Shown here piece after piece: positions 12,141-25,156 of a stretch of DNA of 64,000 nucleotides. The stretch's first letter is position 1. Each line of letters opens with the position of its first letter. Position numbers and translations under genes: made by a program. A model generated the notes under the pieces. The model had not been told where the DNA came from. It did not search any database and saw nothing but the letters and a program-made list of their open reading frames with translations. This stretch comes from Octopus bimaculoides (taxonomy: Eukaryota), in NCBI RefSeq assembly GCF_001194135.2, contig NC_068981.1, forward strand, positions 143,464,870-143,528,869. The letters are read 5' to 3'.

Positions 12141-14980
12141 NNNNNNNNNNNNNNNNNNNNNNNNNNNNNNNNNNNNNNNNNNNNNNNNNNNNNNNNNNNN
12201 NNNNNNNNNNNNNNNNNNNNNNNNNNNNNNNNNNNNNNNNNNNNNNNNNNNNNNNNNNNNNNNNNNNNNNNNNNNNNNNNNNNNNNNNNNNNNNNNNNNN
12301 NNNNNNNNNNNNNNNNNNNNNNNNNNNNNNNNNNNNNNNNNNNNNNNNNNNNNNNNNNNNNNNNNNNNNNNNNNNNNNNNNNNNNNNNNNNNNNNNNNNN
12401 NNNNNNNNNNNNNNNNNNNNNNNNNNNNNNNNNNNNNNNNNNNNNNNNNNNNNNNNNNNNNNNNNNNNNNNNNNNTATATATTTACATACATACACACAC
12501 ACATACACACACATATATATATATATATTACGGGATATAACTTCAGATTAGAATCTAAACAGTATCTCGAACCTAGATCATTCATTGACGTTCTTGTAAC
12601 GCTTCATTGTTGACGTCATTTTTGCCATAAAAATATTGAACAAGCACAGAGAGATAAGTTGTTACCGTCGATTTCATAACCCAGTTTTCATTATTGGTAT
12701 AAAATATCTCACTTCAATTGTATTTGATAAAAGCAAAAACATCACAGAATCACATTCTCCTCTGCTATGAAATTTAGCGTAAATCAAGAAATAATTATTG
12801 TGAAATTCTGCAAAACGACTCGTAAATTTGATAGAGTCGAACCTGTTTCTCGCTTTTATCTTACCACTGGACACATTTTGTTAATGTGATAGGGAAAGGT
12901 ACAAATATAATAAATTCCCGTTTTTCAATAAAGAATTGTGATGTTCATGATTATATGTCGCACAATTATTATCATTAACCACTACAGTAAAAACATCCCA
13001 GAAATCCGAATGGAAAATTACGATTTCATCTTTCTATGCAAAGCAATTATTCACAGGCTGTGAAGGTTGGTAAAAACCATAAAGTCTGATTTCAAATTAC
13101 GATATGTGGGGTTTCCTTTCATCACCCTATCAGCTGGCGTAATATTAGAAAAGTATCAGAAATACCATCCCATTGTCCTCTAGGGTAATCGCTTCTAGTA
13201 TTTATAAGCTCCACAATACGATATATAGGTATACAATTTATTTTCAATATCGAACACACATAACTTGTGCATGCGTGTTCGAAATTGTTAATATCCCTCG
13301 GGCTGCTTCTCATTTAATATCTTCATAAATATCTGATATAAACATTTAAAAATTTAACAAACAATTAAAAGCTTTGCTGCCTTTGGCTATATTTCATTCC
13401 ACTTATCCACAGGAGCATGGATTTAGGAATCTATACCTTTGTTTATAGAACTGAAGTTAGTTGAATACAAAGAAATTTGCAGATGACCTGTGCACACTAT
13501 ATGATTAACACTTTACTTTTAGTGGCGGCAACAATTGAAATAAAAATACACGCAATTAGAAAATACAAATCTGTCTAAGCAGAGATATCACTAATTACAA
13601 TCTAATCTACAATCAGAATAGTTCTGAAAATTGGTATATAAGTAGAAGTCAAAATAAAGCAGCTAATGTGTACTTTTGGTATGACCAAGTTTTGTGAAAT
13701 GAAATATAAATTTACTGCATTAAATTCACTACAAGTATTTATACGCCCGTCTTTTCATAATAATGTTTACCTGTGCTAGTAATTCGGCTTAAACAGTCTT
13801 TCACTAATCATAGATAAAAAAAATAGGTTTTAGTATTTCAATATTTCTTATCAGATAAGTTAACTCCCCAAACCTCAACTATGTAACATTTACGATAGAC
13901 TTTATGAAAATAAATACTATACCATGTTTAAGCATTGACAACTCCTTAGATCAAAATATAAGCTCCTGGCGATCATTTTCGAGGTAAAGATTTGATTTAA
14001 TCCCTGTTCACTACTAAATAGAAGGGAAAAGTAAAACCTCTTAAGTTCTACATGTTTACAACCTTTCTGTGATATGAAATGAAACACGACATAACACAAA
14101 TTCGTCAGCCGATTTTATATCTTGGTTTAAGCTAAATCACTTCAGGTACGTCAGTAATAGTGTTTAAAAGTACACTATCCCAACCTATGCACGACAGTTT
14201 TGTTACCTAATCCGTATTAGATAAAGTGAAGCATAACATTAATGCAATGTCAATATGAATTTGGACATGGCAGACAATTGTGCATATTTCAAATCACCTG
14301 AGGGTAATACGTAGGCGGTTTTATGTAAATATTTCCAATGATTGACTTTCTTTCTCTCCTAGGCGAGAATGAAGTGATTAATCTCTCATCCACACATAAT
14401 CCTTCGTTATAAACCCCTTGTGGTTTTCTAATAATATTTGCATATATTATAGTCTGCATAGATTACTTTTGACAAATAGATAAATCAATATCAAAGACTC
14501 GTGATGAGCGAGAGGCAAATGTTTATACTTCTCAGTAATTTTCAAAAGCTCACTCAATGGAATACATTCTATTTCATACAATACACTATAATCTAACCAG
14601 ATCAAAATACGAAAAATGTACTCTGACATCACTCCACTTTTTATTTACAAGGCAATGGAATAGAAAGGCTATGGGTTTTTTTTTTAATGTTTGCATAAAA
14701 CTCACATTCTCAGTTAACCCGAGATTCTAATAAAATAAATCTGTTGATTATATTTTTTCTTCTTTATATCTGTAACATAAAATTGTAGTAGACTGGTAGA
14801 ATCGTTAGAATGTGGGATGAAATTCACCTATAGCATTTGTTCCGACTTTCTATTCTGAATTTAAATTCTGCCGACGAAAGTTTAAGCCATTTATTTTTTT
14901 CGGTGTGGATAGAATAAATCACCAACCTTTTTTAATGATGGTAACTGGTTTTCTCCTGAAAAATAATCTTCTTCATATCT

Positions 14981-15235
14981 TGTGGAGAGGGCTAGTCAAT
15001 TACATCGGCTCCTACGCTCAACAGGTACTTATTTTAACGACCCCGACGGAATGAAAAGCAAAGACGACCTCAGTCTAATTTCAAATCAGAACCTGAATGA
15101 TAAAGAAGTGCCACTCAACTTTGCCTTTCATCGTCACCCTAACCATAATGTAAATACCAGTTAATCTGTGGGGTCTATATAATCAACAACTCCGCTTCCC
15201 GAACTTGCTGGCCTTGTGCCAAAATTTGGAACTAA
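14981..15235. mobile_element. Two family-B SINE 3' halves in opposite orientation (minus ~14981-15100, plus ~15116-15235)
   Basis: ctagtcaattacatcg...caacaggtacttattttaacgacccc (minus copy) and caactttgcctttcatc...ctggccttgtgccaaaattt (plus copy). Confidence 0.7.
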
Positions 15236-16549
15236 TATCAAAACTTGCTATCTACAGTAACAAGATATGTAACTTCGGAGCTCTATCATGGATTACTGTA
15301 TATGATTCATTTATTTTCCTTCTTTCAAATATTTCGAATTTTCAAATTTTTGGTGACTTAGTCTGGTTATTTTATTTTATATATATTTTTTTAATTTATC
15401 CAAAGAAAAATAGGTGCCGGTTTAACTTAGGTTTTCTTGCATTTTAATTGAAAAAGAAGACATTTCTAAACGTTTTCTTGTTTAGGCGACTTTTAATTTC
15501 ACCAAAGGCGACGAGACGCACCACTAAAATAGGTCTTGGCCGTTGTCTGAAACCGACTGAAAGAATATTTAAAGACAAATTTTGTTTAAGGAAATCCTGA
15601 AAATGACATGTATTTCAGGTGTTATTAATTTCAAGTCTTGCAATATTATCAGATCAACCAACTGCAACAACAAAGATCATTTTCAGCAACTCTCACATAT
15701 TCATATCGTACACCTGAGAAATTTCCCAGCAGCGCGATTTGAATAAGTATGAGGGATGTAAGAAAGGTTCTGTCCGACGAAAAACATTGGCAGTACTGTA
15801 TCACAAGGATTCAATATCTTTAGTAGAGAATTTTATCCAAAATTCTGAGAAAGTAATGTACTTAAAGACGAATGGGAGGGCTTTTGTATTCTCCCTAAGC
15901 ACATTTTAAAGGAATCACACATTGACATATATTCTGGATTCCTGTCCCTTTGAGCAAGGCAAAAATATTTATACAGAAATATTAATTTATGTAACGACGT
16001 CCAACTTTCTAAAGTTTGGCATATTTGAAAAATCATTGTATGAGGAACTAGTATTTTCGAGGTTTTCCTTACATATTTCTATTCTATCGCTACAAGGAGA
16101 GAAGCTGGACTTACAAATTCCACCCGCACTCATAATTTCATAACCTTTTTTTATTCTCTTGCAACCGTGCCTCGAAAGCTCGAGACTAATTGGCTAACGG
16201 GCCGTACTAAAGCACTGCGAGTTTTTATTCTCTGCGTCGTGCTCTTTATCCCCACCGTCACATACTTATGCATTAATCAATGATAAGCCTGAGAGGGAAA
16301 GAATATTTAATCCATAATCGTTATTTCGACAAGACATATATTGTCTCTGTATGTATTTACAATGTATATTTAGATGTGTGTGTATTTACAGTGTATGTTT
16401 AGATGTGTGTATGTGCGTCTGTGTGCATGTGTGTGTCTGTTTGTACGTGTGCCTCTGTGTATGTGTGCGTGCACGCGTGTGTTTAATTTTTTTCTATCCT
16501 TCTTGCCATGCTTTATGTTATGAATTAACTCTTCTTAAACGTTTGTTCT

Positions 16550-16600
16550 TTGGTTCTCGATGAGCCATAGGCGAAACAGAATTGTATTTTGTCAGACTAA
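16550..16600 (+). ncRNA. Degenerate type I hammerhead ribozyme motif
   Basis: TTGGTTCT C-GATGA GCC ATA GGC GAAA CAG AATTGTATT TTG TC/AGACTAA. Helix II GCC/GGC, GAAA, helix III ACAG/TTGT, GUC site, helix I ttgg(t)tct/agactaa. The core lacks the U of CUGAUGA. Confidence 0.45.
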
Positions 16601-17524
16601 TGATACTGGATTAAATACATTTTTATTTTATCTATTTTGCATAATATATCTTCGTTGATAATCCTAATGTCTATCATGTTACTATATAACGTTTCGCTTT
16701 CATGCTTGTTTCTCCATATAAACTGTACTTCCTTACACATTTTGTAAACTGTTTTAATAACATGACTAAACGATTGGATCCTTAAGACAAATAAAATGTA
16801 GTAATTATTGCAATTTTTATTATGATTCCTTCGTTTATGTGTTTTGCAGTTTGCTTTCGTTATACAATTTCAAAGTTTTCATGTGATAACTTTGTTCAAA
16901 ATACTTGGATATAGAAAAAAAATTATTCTAATTTTATTTCTCTTCTTTTGTAAGACATAAAAAGACAAATAAAGAGAATCAATTTATTATCTTGCATACA
17001 TGCTCATACTGTACCAAACACATTCCCATTCCATATCATTGTTTTCTTTATCAGTAAGATATTTCCCTCACCTGAAAATGCAACTTTATCTTTCACAGTT
17101 TTCACGCCTATCGTTCATTCTATTCCCATGTCTACCTCTCTGGCATTCTTCTTCTTTTAAAATGATTGTCATACGTAAAACGTGTTGTGTGTTTATCAGG
17201 TTCTTCCGTTAGATATAAAGAGTTATTATCACAAGCATACACACTCACTTACTGAAACCAAATTTCATGATGCGTCTTGTTCGCTTTCTTTTTTCCTTTA
17301 CCTTCCACATCGATATTCATCAAGCTGTTTGTCTCCTTCCCAATCAATTAGTATTACACATGTGTCGCCTGCTTGAAAAATCCCTAATCGTTTTCTGTAT
17401 CACCCTATTACCTTTCTGACGACCTGGTACTCATAGCCATAGCCATGCCTTTATTTTCTACCTGTTCTTCATATGTTCCTTTCCTCATCTTTCTTCCCAT
17501 CTCCCTCTATTTCACTTCATCTTT

Positions 17525-17600
17525 CTCCTTCTGTCTATCGCTCCAATTCTCTCTCGCGCTCCTTCTGTCTATCTCTCCAATTCTCTCTCGCGCTCCTTCT
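17525..17600. repeat. 34-bp tandem duplication (2 copies plus a partial) in a CT-rich tract
   Basis: ctccttctgtctatc(g/t)ctccaattctctctcgcg at 17525 and 17559. Confidence 0.85.
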
Positions 17601-17891
17601 CTCTTTCTCTCTTTATACATATATCGGCATGCGTCTGTGTGTGTGTGTTAATATGTGCGTGTTGGGATGTGTATCTTTGTCTGTGTGTACGTGTGTCACG
17701 TGCTCGCATGCCTATCTTACAGAGTTTACTTCACTAGCACACATACAAGCAACATATTATAGGTACACATAATTAACTGTTTACGTATCATTATTCAAGT
17801 ATATATCTGTAACTATATTCATTCTTCCGAGTGCTTGTTTCATGTGCGCACACGCACGCACACGCATACACACACATGTATATAATATATG

Positions 17892-17934
<43 letters not shown>

Positions 17935-18196
17935 GAAGGTTTGAAAATGTTATTTTATATATTTCCACTCATGCGGTATCATACAACTTTACTNNNNNNN
18001 NNNNNNNNNNNNNNNNNNNNNNNNNNNNNNNNNNNNNNNNNNNNNNNNNNNNNNNNNNNNNNNNNNNNNNNNNNNNNNNNNNNNNNNNNNNNNNNNNNNN
18101 NNNNTATATATATATATGTATGTATGTATATATATATATGTATGTATATATGCACATATGTATGTATCAGCGTATGTATCTGCATATGTATGTAAT

Positions 18197-18229
<33 letters not shown>

Positions 18230-18603
18230 ATGACTATGTATGTATGTATGTTTGTATTTATGAGTGTTTGAAGGTTCAAGTGAGTGCATTGCAGGTGTGT
18301 GTTAATTATGTACTTTTTGTTCATCGAATCAAAAGATAAACCTCCGGGCGAGAATCCACTTAAAACACACCTTCGCTGCATTCACTGCAGCTCAATTACA
18401 AGTTCAATTAAAGCATATAATGTAAGGTGGAAAACGAACCCGACACACTGAAATTTCGAAGTCATCACGAACTTTTTTTCCCTCTTCCTGCGTGTACGAT
18501 TACACACACACACACATTTACATGCATATCATGAAAATTCTAAATTCTATGACGTCAAATATATGCCTATGTATGTGCGTCTGCATACAGAGAGACAGAG
18601 TGT

Positions 18604-18639
<36 letters not shown>

Positions 18640-19923
18640 NNNNNNNNNNNNNNNNNNNNNNNNNNNNNNNNNNNNNNNNNNNNNNNNNNNNNNNNNNNNN
18701 NNNNNNNNNNNNNNNNNNNNNNNNNNNNNNNNNNNNNNNNNNNNNNNNNNNNNNNNNNNNNNNNNNNNNNNNNNNNNNNNNNNNNNNNNTGTATATGTAT
18801 AGACAGAGACGGAAAGAAAGAGAGAGAGAGAGAGAGAGAGAGGGGGGGCAGACAAACAGAGTGATTATTGAAATTATTATTTTTTTTTTATGTAGTACGC
18901 TGCTTAAGATATGAGACGTTTGAAGATATATACATTTAAGTACGGCGTAATTTCAGAAGACAGGGCATCTCAAATGTGAAGTCCCTTTAGATGGCCGTGT
19001 AACTTGCTAAAAGTAAGACCAATATCTGGCGCAAATCATATGTTACTGTCTTCGAAAAGTACGTAATTAATACGGTCCAGACCGAACTGTCCTAGGGAAG
19101 AAGATGAGATGAACTCGGCTACAATGCTTTAGGTCATAGAACTGCTCGAACATGTTTCAAATAAAAATAATACACGTTAATTACACACAAATTTTGCTAA
19201 CTTTGCATTGGTTTCAGCCAGAGGTTGTGGTTGTGCTGGGGCAATGTCATTAGTGTTGACGCTTGCATGTTTTTCGACTCATTTCCCAATCCTGTCTACA
19301 GGATCGGTCCCGGTGAAGCAGAGAACTGAACATAGCTGCTTTTCTTATTCTTTTTTTCTGTGATGTGGTTTCATCGGGTATATCTGGTAAAAATCTGTCT
19401 AAATGTTTTTTTTTTTAATCATTGAAGCCTTTTGATAAGTTACGTGAGTATCTGTGTGTTTGACACTCACTATATCAACCAGACTATCGCATACACTTAT
19501 ATCTCTATAATAAAAGCTCAACGTCTGTGTGTCTGTGTGACTCTACATCTATATGACGAAAGAGAATAGAAGATACATAAAAACAAAGTCTGTGTTCTCA
19601 TGTAAATTTTGACAAGAAAGACACTGAGCTACATAAAATTTACTTTCCATTGCGATTAAGGGGCTTAAACGGGGCAAACATCCCCTGTGAAATTTCAATA
19701 ACCTCTGATTTCAATGAAAATAACAACATAACGACTAGGTACTAAATAAAGATGATTTCCAAAATTTCACCATCTTACAATATTATTTAACACCCCTAAT
19801 GGGGTTTATAATACGGGAGAGAGCCCCTATGAAAGTGCAAATACATCCACTTTTCATGGAAGATGCATAAAATTTAGTATGTGTTTTTGGAATTAATGTA
19901 ATACAAAACTCCAACAATGCATA

Positions 19924-20443
19924 TCTCATTATAGACTTTGCAACGTAACGTAATTTTATGCATTAGAAAAAGAATATTTTAATAAGCAAAACATACTTAG
20001 TTTATCATATCACCGTCAGTCCGAACACCTGTCTCATCAGTTGAGCGTTTACCAATACAACGATCGACAGTGAGTAGCTCTGTGTCTAAAGAATATATAA
20101 TTTTATAAAAAAGCTGTTTTTTATCCATGTTTGACTTAACTTTGTCACGTTTCATCTACATGCTAACAAAAAGATATATATATATATATATATATACATA
20201 TATATATCAGCTTTTTTATAAAATTATATATTCTTTTTTTATAAAATTATATATTTTTTTAATAAAATTATATATTCTTCAGATAAACACACAGCTACTC
20301 ACTGCCAATCGTTGTATTGGTATAAGCTCAACAGATGAGACAGGTGTTCGAACTGACGGCGATATGCTAAATTAAATATATTTTGCTTATTAAAATATTC
20401 CTTTTCTAATGCATAAAGTTACGTTGCAAAGTCTATAATGAGA
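19924..20443. repeat. Long inverted repeat (arms ~19924-20116 and ~20208-20443) inside the Helitron 5' region
   Basis: tctcattatagactttgcaacgtaac...caccgtcagtccgaacacctgtctcatcagttgagc...gaatatataattttataaaaaagctg is matched by its reverse complement in the second arm; ~90-bp spacer. Confidence 0.95.
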
Positions 20444-22506
20444 ATATTCAAATAGCTCCAATATTCAAATAGATACGAGATTGATGAAATTTAAATCATA
20501 AAGTTATTCCGTCATTTTATCTGATTTTTTCCATATCTTTCACATCTCTGCTTGGCCTGCTGAATGTTGAAAATATAGATTAATTCACCTACTACAACGC
20601 CTCCGAAAAAAAAGTAGATTTGGACTACCTAAGCAATCTCAGCGTATGACAAGAGAAAAAGCTGAAGAGACTGACTATCAGCGGACCAAGAGACTGAGAA
20701 TAGATGCTGAAAGGCATGCAGCCTTACGAGCCTCACAAAGTCAAGAGCAATAAGAAAGAAGACGAAGATTAAATGCCCAACGAACTGCTGCAGCAAGACA
20801 GTCTGTAACTCAAAAACTGGCTGAAACAAGACGAAGATTAGATGCTCAACGGACCGCAGCAGCAAGGCAATCTGAATCTCCAGAAGTAAGGGGGAGAAGA
20901 GTGAGAATGAATACTCGACGGACTTCAGCAACCAGGCAACTTGTAACTCAAGACGAACTCAACTCTAGGAAGAAAACAGACAGATTAAAGCATCAAGAAT
21001 TTAGACGGTATCCTTTTACTACTGAATATTGGAAAAAAGCTGCATTCAATTATAATCCTAATTATTTATATAATTCGCAAGACATTGTTACTATAGGATC
21101 CATGTCATTACTATGTAATTACTGCGATGTCAAGAAATAGATCCATGAACCCCCAGGTATGTGTTGTAGTAGTGGAATGATCCGATTAACACTTCCTGCT
21201 GATCCACCATAACAATTAAATGATCTCCAATTGGGCTCAAATCCAGAACCAAAATATTGTTTGCAAAACATACAGCGTTACAATAATTCATTCATGATGA
21301 CATCCTTTGGTGCAAATATAGTAAGCGAAAGAGGGTATATGCCCACATTCAAAATGTATGGTCAAATTGATCAAAGAATTACAAGATTGTTGGCATTACA
21401 GCATGAGGATTCCCAATACTTACAAATATATTTCGTTGGAGGACAAGAAGATCAAACAGAAGTTAGGTGCAACCTTAACCAAGGGGTAAGAAGAATCATG
21501 ATCAGGAATCTACAAGAAATGCTACATGCAAACAATGCACACATACGAAGTTTTAAAGCCGCCATTGAGAACATTTCATTAAAAATTTCGAGTAGTTGTT
21601 AATGCAGATAAAAGACCATACAATGAACATGTTAGGCAATTCAAATGAACGTGTATGTGAAACTCACAGACGTTATGATAGCCTTCAATATCCCCAATTA
21701 TTTGTATATGGAGAAGATAGATACCATTTAGGTATTCCACAGTTTGGAAATCATACCATATAACATGTTTCATGTATATATTTTTATGCATTCCGTTTTA
21801 TGATCAGAGACAATTCCTTCAATCATTTTCCCAGACGTCAAGACCTCCTCCATCAATTTGCCGTTGATATATTTGCAAAAGTTGAAGAAGAAATACTTTT
21901 ATATATCAAAACTCATCAAAAGGAATTATGATAGATTCCTACATACATCTCAAAGATCATATAAATAGCAATAGACAAGGACGAGACAGATCAGATATGC
22001 ATTTTACCTTTCACTTTCACATGTAGTCCATGATAGATATGCGTGAAAGCACCCAAGATGCAATGGCTTATGTTCGAAATTATGGAAAACCAGACCTTTT
22101 TATCACATTCACTTCAAATCCAAAGTGGAAGGAGATTCAAGATGAACTTATCCCTAGACAAACATACATAAATCGTCAAGATCTAGTGGTCAGAGTTTTT
22201 CGCTTGATGAAGTTACTCAGTATGAACTTTTGGCGTATTTTGGTGTTTCCTATTCATGAAAGGCATCCAGCTTGCAGTATATCTTGAAAATGGTCAGAGA
22301 GTTTATTTCACAAACGAAAATGCTGCCCACGTCGCTCTAAATCCAAAACACAGAACCTTTACTGCATTTTTTAAATTGTGTGAACGAGATAATTTTGCAA
22401 AAACTTATTTATAATCAGGTTCCATCTTATTACACATGGAGTAATAACACATGGCACAGGAGAAAATGAGAATGAATCAGAATTAGTCAATTATCCAGTA
22501 GAAGTT

Positions 22507-22971
22507 TTGAATTCCTTCGGGCCAACAGGTGCTCTTCCTCATTGTCTTCGATTGAGAGTAGGTGGTCCGGTCATGCTTCTACGCAACCTCTCACAACCAA
22601 AGTTATGCAATGGCACAAGACTCGTTGTCAAGAAATTAATGAGCAATGTTATAGAGGCCACTATAATTTCTAGATGTGAAAAAGGCGAAGATGTTTTTAT
22701 CCCTCGAATTCCTTTAATACCTTCCAACATGCCCTTTGAGTTCAAACGACTTCAGTTTCTCACACGTTTGTCTTTTGCAATGTCTATGAATAAGTCACAA
22801 GATCAGACACTACAAGTTGCTGGTTTGCACTTTGAAGAGCATTGTTTTTCCCATGGACTGCTATGTGTCAGTGCTTCTAGAGTAGGGAGTAAAAAAATCC
22901 TTTTCACATTCGTCCCTAATGGCAAAACTCGAAATATTGTCTATAAGGAAGTTTTTATTCTGAGCGATTAA
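22507..22971 (+). pseudogene. Helitron PIF1-family helicase C-terminal fragment (154-aa open frame)
   Basis: ORF track 22507..22971: [36 protein letters not shown] (from KSQGQ), [13 protein letters not shown]. The upstream helicase motifs are absent. Confidence 0.92.
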
Positions 22972-23484
22972 CAAACTAGTATTTGCACACTTTTCAATAT
23001 ATAACCCTGATAATATGAAAAGCCACTTCTATGTCGTATTTTCTTTTTTACATGTAATAGCATTTTTTTGTATAAAATTACCAACGAACATAAAAGGACA
23101 ATAAGATTTAGCAATGACGAAAACAGAAACTGTTAACAAAGTTTTGAAAAAGGTCCGTGAAGAATTTAACTCTTGTGCAACTTACAGTGCACTGCAAGCA
23201 CTAAGTGCTAAAAGCTCAAAAGAGAAGTCGAATCTGGCTATGATATATAGCTCAGCAATTCTGGTGAGTATTACATTAGAGCATTCTCCTCACAAGGATG
23301 AATGATCATTAAGCTTAATGACCAGTACCAGTAAGATGTCCTCATACTTTCTGGCAAATGAGATAAAGGTTCAAATAATCTGGAACAACACACCCTTACA
23401 TGCAGTCAGTCACATATTTGTCTGTAACTGCGGTAAAATATGATGCATCATCGTACGTCCGGTGTTACTTTCAAGATCCACGTT

Positions 23485-23504
23485 AATAATAATAATAATA
23501 ATAA

Positions 23505-23595
<91 letters not shown>

Positions 23596-23680
23596 AAGAA
23601 GAAGAAGAAGAAGAAGAAGAAGAAGAAGAAGAAGAAGAAGAAGAAGAAGAAGAAGAAGAAGAAGAAGAAGAAGAAGAAGA
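23485..23680. repeat. (AAT)n followed directly by (AAG)n
   Basis: Near-perfect AAT run switching to an AAG run at ~23566. Confidence 0.98.
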
Positions 23681-23682
23681 CG

Positions 23683-24047
23683 AAGCCAGACATAGTGTTG
23701 AGAAAGAAAGATAACTATGCTGGATCATAGATATAGTATGCCCAGATGACAATAAGGAAGAAAGAAAAGACGATAGATATGACAGGTTAGCTTGGGAGGT
23801 TAAACAGTTGTGGTTGATGTAAAAAGGTGGTAGTAGTACCAATAATTGTTGGAGCCCTGGGAACAGTGAGTAAAAATCATGAGAAGTGCATGTAACAAAT
23901 AGGGGCTGCAATAAGGGTGGAGCACTGCTTGGAACCGCTCGAATACTCCGGAAGACGCTCAAAAAATAAGGGGTGTTATCTTAGTTCATTGGTAGTGAAC
24001 AGCTGATACCGAAGTACATCTCCAGCGTTAGAAGCTGTGCAAAAGCA
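23683..24047 (+). mobile_element. 3' end of an RLE-type non-LTR retrotransposon (R4/Dong clade), 5'-truncated
   Basis: KPDIVLRKKD...WIIDIVCPDD...RYDRLAWEVKQLW...VVVVPIIVGALGTVSK...LLGTARILRKTL is a PD-(D/E)xK RLE endonuclease C-terminus, followed by a short 3' UTR and (AAT)n. Confidence 0.85.
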
Positions 24048-24053
24048 ATAATG

Positions 24054-24121
<68 letters not shown>
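24048..24121. repeat. (AAT)n microsatellite
   Basis: Run immediately 3' of the R4/Dong-like fragment. Confidence 0.97.
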
Positions 24122-24122
<1 letters not shown>

Positions 24123-24565
24123 GTATATGTAACTTTAAAATATACACATCAACAAAAATACTACAACGAAGGCTTCTTGGTGACATGAGAAGAGCATGAG
24201 TTATCTGAATTATGCAGCATTCAATTTATCGGTTTGTTTGAAGGCATTAAAGAGTATAACCCCAGGCAGTTCTTGAGAAACTTGTATGCGGTGTAGAAGC
24301 TGAATACGATTATGAAGGATTTTAAGCAAGGGATTTTCATGGAATACTCCATACGGCATGAGAAATAGATATCACAAAACACGACGTCAGAACCATTTAC
24401 AATAAGTCTCTGCCTTCTGGGATTAACCAGAGTTGAACAATAATATAACATCAATCACACAGCCATTTTTCTTTTTCATTAATACATTTTTCTCATTATA
24501 TTTCTGCTTTACTCATAGTCTGTTTTCTCTCTTAAAATTCAATATACATTTCTCTTACACATCTA

Positions 24566-24615
24566 TACACACACACACAAACACACACACACAAACACAC
24601 ACATACTCTCTCTTC

Positions 24616-24703
<88 letters not shown>

Positions 24704-24764
24704 CTCTCTATCTAGCTTGGTAGCTCACTAGCTAGTCATCTCTCTATGTATCTATCTATCTCTT

Positions 24765-24838
<74 letters not shown>

Positions 24839-24840
24839 CA
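24566..24840. repeat. (CA)n/(CT)n/(TATC)n compound microsatellite block
   Basis: Direct reading. Confidence 0.95.
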
Positions 24841-25124
24841 GCTAACTAGCTAGCTATGTATCTATGTCGCTCACTCTCACTATATTTATATTTCATTCTT
24901 TCTTTCACAGACTTCTTTAGATATTTTTCTATATCTGTCTATGTTTTACTTTATTTCGGTGAAACTATTATTCCTCGCTTTTCTCCCTCTTTGTGTCTGA
25001 TTTTTTATTTATTTCCCTACCCGCTCTCACGCTCTCGCTCTCTCACTCTTCATTCTTTCTCTTTTCTTTCTTTCTTTTTTTTACTTTCTGTGTGTGTGTG
25101 TGTGTGTGTGTGTCTCTGTCTCTC

Positions 25125-25156
<32 letters not shown>

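Larger units (their letters stand above)
19502..22979 (+). mobile_element. Non-autonomous, internally deleted Helitron (Rep-Hel pseudogene)
   Basis: 5' A|TCTCTATAATAAAAG at 19501/2 and candidate 3' CTAG|T at 22976-80. Translated remnants: N-terminal EETDYQRTKRLRIDAERHAA with 69-bp repeats; AAFNY; CNYCDVKK-HEPPGMCCSSG zinc finger; YNNSFMMTSFGA; QYLQIYF; GKPDLFITFTSNPKWKEI (Rep motif 1); HLENGQRVYF; PIF1-type helicase C-terminus [24 protein letters not shown]...[12 protein letters not shown]. Confidence 0.95.

Noticed and set aside
12740-12880. MKFSVNQEIIIVKF...LTTGHIL, vaguely like a Tc1-family HTH N-terminus
   Set aside because: Too short and too weak, and no TIRs were found.
15750-16080. 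Possible mariner-like end (tatgagggatgtaagaaagg)
   Set aside because: No matching opposite TIR and no transposase remnant.
20010-20045. CTGATGA-GAC-AGGT-GTTC-G(G/A)AC hammerhead-like string in the Helitron IR arms
   Set aside because: Neither arm has GAAA, and no helix I or III partner could be placed.
23440-23962. Poly-N/K/F/R/S/Y ORFs
   Set aside because: They are translations of (AAT)n and (AAG)n; only the RLE fragment after 23683 is genuine.
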